From a bacterium (GTDB lineage: Bacteria; Desulfobacterota; DSWW01): a DNA stretch of 40,054 nt. The notes under the pieces were generated by a model. It was not told the DNA's origin, made no database searches, and saw only the letters and a list, made by a program, of their open reading frames with translations. A program made the translations under genes and the position numbers. The stretch is taken from positions 1 to 40,054 of the forward strand of contig JBFLZG010000038.1 in assembly GCA_040756235.1 (NCBI GenBank), given 5' to 3'. Shown one piece after another: positions 1-8,548 of this stretch; the stretch's first letter is position 1; each line of letters begins with the position of its first letter.

Positions 1-104
1 GGAGCCTGCCCCGGCGAAGGCCGGGGTCATTGCGGCGTACTGCCATGTACGCCTCATTCCTCAGGATTTCGTGCGCCTTGCATCTGGACATTTCTGAACA
101 GCCT
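1..104. repeat. Right part of a MITE/REP-like palindromic element (family A), truncated by window start
   Basis: Ends GCATCTGGACATTTCTGAACAGCCT, near reverse complement of AGGCTGTTGAAAAACGCCCATCTGC at 20699; starts with hairpin CCTGCCCCGGCGAAGGCCGGGG also seen inverted at ~20745-20770. Confidence 0.7.
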
Positions 105-195
105 CCAGGAGCCGAATACTTGGACAGGCTCCTAGCGGGGGCCTTTACCCGCAAGACGGACCATCGGGGCGCCATGGGAAATCAGGCTAATTCCC

Positions 196-297
196 GTCAT
201 TTCGGCGCAGGCCGGAATCCAGTCCCTGCACCCCGTGATGGGTATGCAGACTTCTGGATCCCGGCTCTCACGCGCTTCGCAGAGGGGCCGGGACGAC
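196..297. repeat. Composite palindromic repeat (family B, GTCATT/CCCGGC...GCCGGAATCCA type)
   Basis: Aligns along its length with the reverse complement of 11857-11969 (GTCATTyCGGCGmAGGCCGGAATCCAGTCCCTGC...CTTCTGGATCCCGGCT...GGGGCCGGGAyGAC). Confidence 0.8.
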
Positions 298-366
298 GGA
301 CAGAGTCAACGGCCCGTGAGCTTTCGGACTGGTTTGCGGGTAATGCTCAGGGCTAGCGGGGGACCC

Positions 367-1305
367 ATGGCGGAACCCGTCGAAGAGAGAGTGATCGAGC
401 TGATCCGGGCAAAGGGCCCCCAGACCGGCTCCGAGGTGCTGGACGCGCTCAGCGTTCAGGGCCTGGTGCTGTGGAGGGCGTGCAAGCTCTCCGAGCGCCT
501 GGAGGTCCGGGTCGTGGGCACCCGATACCTGCGGCTGGACCAGCGAGTCGACGGGTTCGCGCGGCTCTCCCCCTCCATCCTGAGAGAGTTCCTGACCTAT
601 TCGGTCGTGGGCCTCGCAGGCGATGAGAATGTCCTGGAGCCGAGCGCGCAGAGGCTGCTCCGGCACATCCGCGAGGTGAGCCGATCCAAGCTCGCCCTGG
701 CAGAGGAAATCGTAGGCAGGATCTGGAACGATTTCGCACCCTCCTGGCCGGAAGAACAGCGGATCTGCTTCATCCTGGCAGGCGACATCGTGTACGGCAT
801 GGCCCATGACGTCCCCAGGCCGGAACACAGCACAGGCAAGATGGTCCAGGGCTCGGACATGGACCTGATCGTGGTCGCAGACGACGGGGCGCCTGGGGAC
901 TTGCTGCAGGAGCTCGACCGTACGATCTATCATGAGAAGTATCGCACCCTCATCACGCCGGGCCTCAGGGAAGAGATCGATTACGTGGTCAAGGGCCTGG
1001 AACGAGTCAGAGAGCAGCTGAGCTTCGATTCCTTCAAGAAGATGGTGGCCGTGAAAATTCTCCAGGAGGGAGTCCTGCTGTCAGGCAGCGAGACCCTCTT
1101 CGAAGAGATCAAGGCCATGCTCGTCCGGAGCGGAGCCACCGAGAAGCTCGGTCAGATGGAAGCCGCGGCGAAAGCCGACCGGCAGCACGCGGAAGAGTAT
1201 CTCCTGCGGGCGGACCCGGCTCACTTGGCCAAGGAGGACCTGCACCTGTTTTACACGGGCGAGGAATCCGAGGAATTCGGTGACCTCTGGGGCCGGCTCC
1301 CCTGA
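367..1305 (+). CDS. Hypothetical protein with pol-beta-like nucleotidyltransferase motif and possible N-terminal winged-helix
   Basis: ATG at 367 in ORF 235..1305 (upstream part overlaps a repeat); motif FILAGD...GSDMDLIVV and later EIDYVVK resemble hG[GS]..DhD..D of the NTase fold. Confidence 0.65.
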   Translation: MAEPVEERVIELIRAKGPQTGSEVLDALSVQGLVLWRACKLSERLEVRVVGTRYLRLDQRVDGFARLSPSILREFLTYSVVGLAGDENVLEPSAQRLLRHIREVSRSKLALAEEIVGRIWNDFAPSWPEEQRICFILAGDIVYGMAHDVPRPEHSTGKMVQGSDMDLIVVADDGAPGDLLQELDRTIYHEKYRTLITPGLREEIDYVVKGLERVREQLSFDSFKKMVAVKILQEGVLLSGSETLFEEIKAMLVRSGATEKLGQMEAAAKADRQHAEEYLLRADPAHLAKEDLHLFYTGEESEEFGDLWGRLP

Positions 1306-1311
1306 TCCCAC

Positions 1312-1331
1312 AGCCCGTCGAAAAACGGGCT
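1312..1331. terminator. Short hairpin between convergent genes (possible bidirectional terminator)
   Basis: AGCCCGT-CGAAAA-ACGGGCT between stop codons at 1305 and 1341; no long U tract. Confidence 0.35.
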
Positions 1332-1340
1332 CCTGGCAGG

Positions 1341-2897
1341 CTATACCTGCACGTCGGCGCAGAAGATCGGCGGCATGACCGGGTGCGTGAGAGAGAAGCC
1401 CTTGCCCAGGATCTCCTCGGCCATGGAGAAGGCCTGTTCCAGGCTCGCGGCCGGGGCGAGCCCGAGGCGACCGACGACCTTCGGGTCTTCCGCGCCCACG
1501 ACGATGATGCGGGAGAGCCGCTTCATGGCCAGGATCCCCCACATCCAGACGTACAGCGGGTGCACGCCGTGGTAGGCATACTGAAAGCGGTAGCCGTGGA
1601 CGTACTCCCGGCGCCGGGCGAAGTCCATTTCGAAGCGCTCCTCGATCTCCCGCGGCTCGCGGGTCTCCGGTAGCACGCGTTCGTAGAACTCGACGTACGA
1701 CGGGTGGTGCCGGGCATGAAACCCGGGAGAGAAGGGGTTCATGACGATCAGGATCCCGCCGTCCCGCACCAGAGGTCGCCTGCGGTGGAGGTTGAACGAG
1801 TATCCGAGCGCCATGTTGAAGGCCAGGAGAGGGTTCATCTGCGAGAAGGCGGCATAAGGCGAAAGGTTGGGCATGGCCAGGAGCAGGGCGTCGGTCTGGC
1901 CCTGGACGGCCGTGTTCTGCTGCAGGTCCAGGATCTGGAGGGTCATGGGGTGCACTTCTTCGATCCGGCCCGCGTGGACCCCGATCGGCTGGTAGGCGCT
2001 CCGCAGGCAGGAGGCGAGGGAAGCCTTCCAGCGCGCGGGGAGCCGCCGAAACCATCTTTCGAGCGGCAGGGCTTCGGGGGACGGCGCTCCGCCTCCCTGC
2101 AGTTTTTTTTGCGCCCCGTCGAGCGAGAGGAACCGTGCGGCGAGCGGTCCCCAGATGCGGTTGTTGAGGACGGTCTCCACGGTGAAGACGTTGGCCCCGG
2201 CAGAGAGGACCGCGCCCATCTCCTCCATGATGCGGTGATACCGGCTGCGCTCCGGATCCATCAGGGTCCCCTGCTCCAGGACCGCGCTGTTGTGGTGGCA
2301 GCGGATGCTGCGGAACGTCCCGAGACCGACCAGGATCGACTTGAAGCCTCCGTTCATGGAGGTCCAGTTGACGTTCACGTAGATGACGAGGTCCGACTCC
2401 TTGACCAGTCGGTTGACCTCCACCACGTGCCCGGAGGCGCTCTTGCCGAGCTCGACCACCCCTGCCGGGTCCTCGGCGTCGTGGTTGAGGATCCTCTGCG
2501 GTCCCATCTCCTGCCAGATCCGCCGGCCCAGGATGCGGCGCAGCTCCTGACGGGTCCATTTGCGGTGGAGCCCGTTGGCGCACACGAGCCGGATGCGGTC
2601 CTTGTGGACGCCGGCCCGGAACAGCTCCTCCAAGACCACGCCGATGACCTTGCCGCGGACGTCGCGACGCATGGGCGGAAGAGGAAGGCAGGGATCATCA
2701 AAAGCGATCGTGACTCGAGAGCCCGGCTTGACGAGATCGCTCAGAGCCGGGCAGCCCAGGGGGTTGCGGATCGCCTGGCGCACGACGCTGCCGTAACATC
2801 CGATTCCGGTGATCGGATCGGGCGGAAAGACGAGCCTGGTATGGTCCGGCAGGGAGATCCGCACGCGATCGTTGCCGCAAAAAACGGTTCGTTCCAT
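1341..2897 (-). CDS. LarA/DUF2088-family (nickel-pincer lactate racemase-like) protein
   Basis: ATG at 2897 with GGAG RBS; motifs P-LSDLVKPGSRVTIAFDD, ANGLHR, NHDAED, NGGFKSILVG typical of LarA N-terminal domain. Confidence 0.8.
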   Translation of the reverse strand: MERTVFCGNDRVRISLPDHTRLVFPPDPITGIGCYGSVVRQAIRNPLGCPALSDLVKPGSRVTIAFDDPCLPLPPMRRDVRGKVIGVVLEELFRAGVHKDRIRLVCANGLHRKWTRQELRRILGRRIWQEMGPQRILNHDAEDPAGVVELGKSASGHVVEVNRLVKESDLVIYVNVNWTSMNGGFKSILVGLGTFRSIRCHHNSAVLEQGTLMDPERSRYHRIMEEMGAVLSAGANVFTVETVLNNRIWGPLAARFLSLDGAQKKLQGGGAPSPEALPLERWFRRLPARWKASLASCLRSAYQPIGVHAGRIEEVHPMTLQILDLQQNTAVQGQTDALLLAMPNLSPYAAFSQMNPLLAFNMALGYSFNLHRRRPLVRDGGILIVMNPFSPGFHARHHPSYVEFYERVLPETREPREIEERFEMDFARRREYVHGYRFQYAYHGVHPLYVWMWGILAMKRLSRIIVVGAEDPKVVGRLGLAPAASLEQAFSMAEEILGKGFSLTHPVMPPIFCADVQV

Positions 2898-2910
2898 ATC
2901 GTCTCCGTTA

Positions 2911-3034
2911 GGTGTCAGGTGTCGGGTTTCGGGTGTCAGCCCTCGCTGCCCCAGCCCCTGACACGTACTCTCATTGGGCTCTCTTGGGAGCACAGGGGCG
3001 GGGTGCCGAAACCTGGCACCTGGCACCTGAAACC
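2911..3034. repeat. Inverted pair of heptamer tandem repeats (GGTKTCR x4 / YGRMACC x4)
   Basis: 2911-2938 ggtgtca ggtgtcg ggtttcg ggtgtca; 3007-3034 cgaaacc tggcacc tggcacc tgaaacc (reverse complement of same unit). Confidence 0.85.
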
Positions 3035-3058
3035 TGGTCCTCTCTTTTCACCGGGCGC

Positions 3059-3691
3059 TCACAAGCTGTATCCCGGCAGCCTCTCCAGCAGGGCGGGCAG
3101 CTCACCGAGCCGTCGGATGCGGACCGGGTGTCGGATGTTGTTCCCGCACAGGATGAACGGCACGCCTGCCGCTTCCGCGGCCACCCGGTCCTGTTCCATG
3201 TCGCCCACGTATACGGAGTCCGCCGGGCTCACGCCGGTCGCGCGCAGACAGTACAGGAGAAGGTCCGGGGCCGGTTTCGGGCGCTCCACCCGGGCGATCG
3301 AGGAAACGACGGCAAAGGTCTCCTCGAGGCCGAAGCGCCTGAGCACGTAAGGCAGCGAGCTGCCCCGGTTGGTGGCCATGGCCAGCAGGTACCGGGCCTT
3401 GAGTCGCGCAAGCGTCTCGTGCAGGCCGGGCTCCGGGGCGAGGTCGTCGAGAAACGGCGTGTAGTCCATCTCGGCCGCGATCCGCACGGCCGTCCGCTCT
3501 TTGTCCGGGTCCCCCCGGAAGATGTGGGCGAACTGCTGGGGGGTGGAGTAGATGTGGCAGAGCCGCTGTGCCTCCGGATCCATGGGCGGCTCGCCCATCT
3601 CGACGAGCACGGCGTTGTAGTAGGATATGTTGGACTGCAGGGAATCGAACAGGACGCCGTCGCAGTCGAGGATCACGAGCTTCAGGGGCAC
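3059..3691 (-). CDS. HAD-superfamily hydrolase (phosphoglycolate phosphatase-like, subfamily IA)
   Basis: Motif I LVILDCDGVLFDS, motif II ATN, motif III KPAPD, motif IV YVGDMEQD; GTG start at 3691 inferred. Confidence 0.9.
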   Translation of the reverse strand: MPLKLVILDCDGVLFDSLQSNISYYNAVLVEMGEPPMDPEAQRLCHIYSTPQQFAHIFRGDPDKERTAVRIAAEMDYTPFLDDLAPEPGLHETLARLKARYLLAMATNRGSSLPYVLRRFGLEETFAVVSSIARVERPKPAPDLLLYCLRATGVSPADSVYVGDMEQDRVAAEAAGVPFILCGNNIRHPVRIRRLGELPALLERLPGYSL

Positions 3692-3704
3692 GGGGGGAGT
3701 CCTC

Positions 3705-3817
3705 AGCAGCCGTTGAGAAAGGCCCATCTGCGGAGCCTGTTGCGAGCAACCCGGAGGGGCGAAAAATGTTTCGCCCCGGACTCATGCGCCGTGCATCCGG
3801 GCATTTTTGAACGGCCT
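3705..3817. repeat. Complete MITE/REP-like element (family A) with terminal inverted repeats and internal GGGGCGAA..TTCGCCCC hairpin
   Basis: Left end AGCCGTTGAGAAAGGCCCATCTGC, right end GCATCCGGGCATTTTTGAACGGCCT; homologous to 1-104 and 20698-20770. Confidence 0.75.
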
Positions 3818-3932
3818 CTGAAATCGAGCCTGTTCGGAGGCTCCGGATTAGCAGTCGCGCAAGAATGGCTTCCGGGCTGAAGGATACGGGTCTGTCGACT
3901 TCCAACCTTTTGCCTGCAGCAGCGGAGCCGGC

Positions 3933-4184
3933 TCAGGCGGGGGATTCGGGCTCATACGGCTTGCCGCACTCCTTGCAGCGCCCGTCCGGGCCGATCACGC
4001 CGATGCAGGTGCCGTCCGAGCACAGGACTCGATCGGCAAAGGGGTCCGGGTCCCCGCTCTCCGCCTCCGGAGCTGCGACCGGCTGGCCGCAGCGAAGGCA
4101 GAAGGCGCTCTCTTCCGGAATCTCGGCCTGACATTGGGCGCAAACGATAGAGGGCAAAACCTTGCGGCAGTGAGGGCAAAGCAT
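3933..4184 (-). CDS. Small multi-zinc-ribbon protein
   Basis: 83 aa with CPHC, CAQC, CLRCG, CSDGTC and CKECG cysteine pairs. Confidence 0.8.
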   Translation of the reverse strand: MLCPHCRKVLPSIVCAQCQAEIPEESAFCLRCGQPVAAPEAESGDPDPFADRVLCSDGTCIGVIGPDGRCKECGKPYEPESPA

Positions 4185-4446
4185 GGAAGAGCCTTTCCGG
4201 ATGGTTTTACGGATTCTGGTTGGCCAAAAGTCAGGTCGGCTCCAGCCGCCGAAGAAATAATTAGCTTGCCGCACTGCCGGATGTCAAGGCGCGCCGGATG
4301 TGCTGCGCGCGCGGGTAGGCTCGCCGGCTTTCCGGGAATCCTTGAAAATCCATGCTCCGGCCTTCAGACTGAAGTCATGCAGGATGGCAAACGAAAAAGT
4401 GCGGCAGCCCCTTCAACCGAAAGCCGGGATCGAGGCGGGAGAGAAC

Positions 4447-6099
4447 ATGGCGCTTCACGCTCTGGCAGGCAAGCCTGCCCCGAGGTCGCTGCTCGTCAAC
4501 GTGCCCAGGCTGGTGGCCGATTACTATTCGATCCACCCGGATCCTTCGGACCCGCTGCAGAGGGTCGCCTTCGGCACCTCGGGCCATCGGGGATCTTCCT
4601 CTAAAGCGACCTTCAACGAAGACCACGTGCTGGCGACCGCGCAGGCCATCTGCGAATACCGGCGCGGCCGGAAGGTCGCGGGGCCGCTGTTCATCGGCAT
4701 GGACACGCACGCCCTTTCGGAGCCGGCGTTCATGAGCGCCCTCGAGGTGCTGGCGGCAAACGGCGTGGAGGCGCGCATCCAGGCCGGGCGGGGTTACACG
4801 CCGACGCCGGTCGTCTCCCATGCCATCCTGACGTACAACCGGGGGAGAACGGAGGATCTGGCCGACGGCATCGTGATCACGCCCTCTCACAACCCGCCCG
4901 AGGACGGCGGATTCAAGTACAATCCACCGCACGGCGGCCCGGCGGACACGCGCGTCACGCAGGCGATCGAGCGGAGGGCCAACGAGCTGCTGGCCGCGCA
5001 CACCGGGGGCGTCAAGCGGCTGCCGTTCAGCCGTGCGCTGCGGGCCGTGACTACGCGCGAGCACGACTACATGCGATCTTATGTGGAGGACCTTGCCGGT
5101 GTCATCGACGTGGATGTGATCCGGGCGTCGGGCCTGCGCATGGGCGCCGATCCCATGGGCGGCTCGGGAATCGCCTTCTGGCGCCCGATCGCGGAGCGCT
5201 ACGGCCTGGCAATCGAAGTGGTGAACGAGATCGTGGACCCGGCCTTCGGGTTCATGACCCTGGACCGGGACGGCAAGATCCGCATGGACTGCTCCTCTGC
5301 CTATGCCATGGCGCGCCTGATCGGGCTGAAGGACAGCTACGACATCGCCTTCGGCAACGATCCGGACTTCGACCGGCACGGGATCGTGACCCGAGGGGCG
5401 GGCCTGATGTCGCCCAACGCCTATCTGTCGGTGGCGATCTCGTATCTCTTTCGGAACCGCCCCGGATGGAAAGTAGACGCGGCGATCGGCACGACCCTGG
5501 TGTCGAGCAGCCTGATCCGCCGGGTCGCGGGCGACCTGGGCCGGAGGCTCGCCGAGGTGCCGGTGGGGTTCAAATGGTTCGTGGAGGGCTTGCTCGACGG
5601 CTCTTACGGATTCGGCGGGGAGGAGAGCGCCGGCGCCTCTTTTCTGCGCCGGGACGGGACGGTCTGGACGACCGACAAAGACGGGATCATCCTGGATCTG
5701 CTGGCAGCCGAGATCACGGCGCGGAGCGGGAAGGACCCCTCGGAGCACTACGGCGAGCTCACGGGCAAGCTCGGCGCTCCGATTTACGAACGGATCGACG
5801 TGCCGGCCACTCGGAAACAGAAGTCGGCCCTGAGCAGGCTCTCGGCCGATCGGGTGAAGGCCTCCAATCTGGCCGGAGAGAAGATCGTGGCCAAGATCAC
5901 CCATGCGCCCGAGAACGGGGCGGCCTTCGGAGGCCTCAAGGTGACGACCGAGAACGGCTGGTTCGCCGCCCGGCCGTCCGGGACCGAGGACGTGTACAAG
6001 ATCTACGCCGAAAGCTTCAATGGGGAAGAACATCTGAGCCGCATCCAGGACGAAGCCCGGGCGATCGTGCACGCGGCCCTGCAGGATGCGGGTGTTTGA
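4447..6099 (+). CDS. pgm: Phosphoglucomutase (alpha-D-glucose-1,6-bisphosphate-dependent)
   Basis: [10 protein letters not shown], catalytic TPSHNP, metal-binding DPDFDR, sugar-binding GEESAG, ARPSGTE; ATG at 4447 after GGGAGAG. Confidence 0.96.
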   Translation: MALHALAGKPAPRSLLVNVPRLVADYYSIHPDPSDPLQRVAFGTSGHRGSSSKATFNEDHVLATAQAICEYRRGRKVAGPLFIGMDTHALSEPAFMSALEVLAANGVEARIQAGRGYTPTPVVSHAILTYNRGRTEDLADGIVITPSHNPPEDGGFKYNPPHGGPADTRVTQAIERRANELLAAHTGGVKRLPFSRALRAVTTREHDYMRSYVEDLAGVIDVDVIRASGLRMGADPMGGSGIAFWRPIAERYGLAIEVVNEIVDPAFGFMTLDRDGKIRMDCSSAYAMARLIGLKDSYDIAFGNDPDFDRHGIVTRGAGLMSPNAYLSVAISYLFRNRPGWKVDAAIGTTLVSSSLIRRVAGDLGRRLAEVPVGFKWFVEGLLDGSYGFGGEESAGASFLRRDGTVWTTDKDGIILDLLAAEITARSGKDPSEHYGELTGKLGAPIYERIDVPATRKQKSALSRLSADRVKASNLAGEKIVAKITHAPENGAAFGGLKVTTENGWFAARPSGTEDVYKIYAESFNGEEHLSRIQDEARAIVHAALQDAGV

Positions 6100-6199
6100 G
6101 ACGAGAGGGCGGCTTTCGGAGGAGGTCGGCTGCCTGACCTCGCGGCCGCCTTCCGGCCGATGATGGGCAACCGGCAACTGGGTTGGGCTCGGGGGGGCC

Positions 6200-8512
6200 A
6201 TGAGCGGGAAGAGGAACACGCGTGACGTTACAGCACGCAGCGGGAGCGAGGAGCGGCTCAGGGCAAGCGCCTTCCGGGCCCTGATCGAAAACGTCTCCGA
6301 CATCGTGGTCGTGCTCGCCGCCGACGGCGAAATCCTGTACCAGAGCCCGTCCGCCGAGCGCCTTAACGGATATGAACCCGGGGAGGTTGTCGGCAGGAAC
6401 GCCTTCGAATACATCCATCCTGACGATCTGCCCAAGGCGGCTCGGGCTTTTTCCGAAATCCTGCAGACCCCCGGCGCCATGGGGCGGGAGGAAGCGCGTT
6501 TCCAGAGGAAGGACGGAACCTGGCGCACCCTGGAGTGGGTTATGACGAACCTGCGCGAACAGCCCCAGGTGCGGGGGATCGTGATCAACGCCCGGGACGT
6601 CACGGAGCGCAAGGAGGCCGAGGGGAAGCTGCAGAAGAACGAGGCCTCCTTCCGCGCCCTGATCGAGAACGTCTCGGACATCATCTCCGTCGTCGCGGCC
6701 GACGGCAGCATCGTCTACGAGAGCCCTTCCATCGAGCGGTTCTTCGGCTTCAAGCCTGAGGAGCTCGTCGGCAGGAAGGGATTCGAGTACGTTCATCCGG
6801 AGGACCTGCCCGGCATGCTCGAAAAATTCGCCGAGGTCCTCCGGACGCCCGGCGCCTCGGGAAGGACGGAGGGAAGGTTCCGGGACAAGGAGGGCTCGTG
6901 GCGGATCCTGGAGGGGGTCTACAGGAACCTCGTCGACCATCCGGACGTCCGGGGCGTCGTGATCAACGCCCGGGACATCACCGAGCGCAGGACCGCCGAG
7001 GACACCTTGCGCGAGAGCGAGGAGCGGTTCCGGGCCCTGTTCGAAGGATCGCTCGACGCCATCTTCCTGGCCGATCCGGAGTCGGGCACGATCCTCGACG
7101 CGAACCCGGCTGCCGAGGATCTGCTCCGGATACCTCTGGAAGAGCTCCAGGGCAGACCCGTGTGGCGGCTGCACCCGACTTCGATGGAGGGACTGGCCCG
7201 GGAGATGTTCGCGCGCTTCCTGGAGGATCGGGAAGACGGAGAGATGCACCCCTTCGAAGCCGTCGATCTGCGCTGCGACGGTGCGGAGGTCCCGGTTGAA
7301 GTCCTGGCCCATGTCATCCAGATCGACGGCGTGCCGGTCTATTACATGATGCACCGGGACATCACCGACAGGAAACGCATGGAGCAGGAGCTTCTCAGGA
7401 CGCAAAAGCTCGAATCCCTCGGGACCCTGGCCGGCGGGCTGGCCCACGACTTCAACAACATCCTGACCGCGATCCTCGCCAATCTCTCGCTCCTCAGGCT
7501 CTGCGGCGGCCTGGAGGGAGAGCCCCTGGATATACTCGCCGACTCGGAAAAAGCGACGCTTCGGGCCAAGGGCTTGACCCAGCAGCTGCTGACGTTCGCC
7601 AAAGGCGGAGCGCCCATCAAGAAGACCGTCGCCCTTCAGCAGCTGATCGTGGATGCTGCGGAGTTCGCCCTGAGCGGTTCCAGCGTCCGGTGCGAATACC
7701 GCATACCCGAGCCCCTCTGGCCGGTCGAGGCGGACGAGGGTCAGATCGGGCAGCTGATCCACAACCTGACCCTCAACGCGGACCAGGCCATGCCCGAAGG
7801 CGGGGTCATCACGATTCGGGCGGAAAATGTGGCGGTCGCAGAGAGCGACCGGCTGCCGCTCGCTGCTGGCCGATTCGTGCGGATCTCGGTCATCGATTCG
7901 GGCGTCGGCATACCGGAGATCCATCTGCAGAAGATCTTCGATCCTTTTTTCACCACCAAGCAGAAAGGGAGCGGGCTCGGGCTGTCCACGTCCTTCAACA
8001 TCGTGAAGAACCACGGAGGGTGCATCCGGGTGGAGTCGGCGGTGGGCAGGGGAACGACTTTTTCCGTGCATCTGCCAGCATCAGACCGACCGTCCCCTCC
8101 CGCTGAAACCGGCCGGACGGCGGCCCTTCGGGGCAAGGGCAGGATTCTGGTCGTGGACGACGAGCCCCTGATTCGCAGGTCCGCCGGCGGCGCCCTGCGG
8201 CGACTCGGCTACGAGGTGGCGGCCGCTGAAGACGGCAGGAGGGCGATCGAGCTGTACGAGCAGGCCCTGAAGCTCAACTGCCCCTTCGACGCCGTCCTCA
8301 TGGACCTGACGATCCCGGGAGGGCTGGGCGGAAGGGAGGCGACTCGAGAATTGCTCAGGATCGATCCGGCCGCAAAGGTCATCGCCTCGAGCGGCTACTC
8401 CAATGACCCGGTCATGGCCGAATTCGGGAAGCACGGTTTCAAGGCGGTCATCGAGAAGCCGTACGGGCTCCGGGATCTGGCGAGCACCCTGCAGAGAGTC
8501 ATAAAGATGTAG
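6200..8512 (+). CDS. Cytoplasmic hybrid sensor histidine kinase (3 PAS + HisKA + HATPase + receiver), CckA-like
   Basis: Three PAS/PAC repeats ending DVTERK/DITERR/DITDRK; H-box AGGLAHDFNNIL; G-boxes DSGVGI, FFTTK, GSGLGL; receiver ILVVDDE...LMDLTIPG...KPY; no TM segment seen. Confidence 0.93.
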   Translation: MSGKRNTRDVTARSGSEERLRASAFRALIENVSDIVVVLAADGEILYQSPSAERLNGYEPGEVVGRNAFEYIHPDDLPKAARAFSEILQTPGAMGREEARFQRKDGTWRTLEWVMTNLREQPQVRGIVINARDVTERKEAEGKLQKNEASFRALIENVSDIISVVAADGSIVYESPSIERFFGFKPEELVGRKGFEYVHPEDLPGMLEKFAEVLRTPGASGRTEGRFRDKEGSWRILEGVYRNLVDHPDVRGVVINARDITERRTAEDTLRESEERFRALFEGSLDAIFLADPESGTILDANPAAEDLLRIPLEELQGRPVWRLHPTSMEGLAREMFARFLEDREDGEMHPFEAVDLRCDGAEVPVEVLAHVIQIDGVPVYYMMHRDITDRKRMEQELLRTQKLESLGTLAGGLAHDFNNILTAILANLSLLRLCGGLEGEPLDILADSEKATLRAKGLTQQLLTFAKGGAPIKKTVALQQLIVDAAEFALSGSSVRCEYRIPEPLWPVEADEGQIGQLIHNLTLNADQAMPEGGVITIRAENVAVAESDRLPLAAGRFVRISVIDSGVGIPEIHLQKIFDPFFTTKQKGSGLGLSTSFNIVKNHGGCIRVESAVGRGTTFSVHLPASDRPSPPAETGRTAALRGKGRILVVDDEPLIRRSAGGALRRLGYEVAAAEDGRRAIELYEQALKLNCPFDAVLMDLTIPGGLGGREATRELLRIDPAAKVIASSGYSNDPVMAEFGKHGFKAVIEKPYGLRDLASTLQRVIKM

Positions 8513-8548
8513 GGGCGCCCGGAAGGGCGAAAAATCTTTCGCCCCTAC
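8509..8548. repeat. GTAG-type REP hairpin (family C) joining two convergent genes
   Basis: GTAGGGGCG...GGGCGAAAAATCTTTCGCCCCTAC; both terminal TAGs are the stop codons of the flanking genes. Confidence 0.8.
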
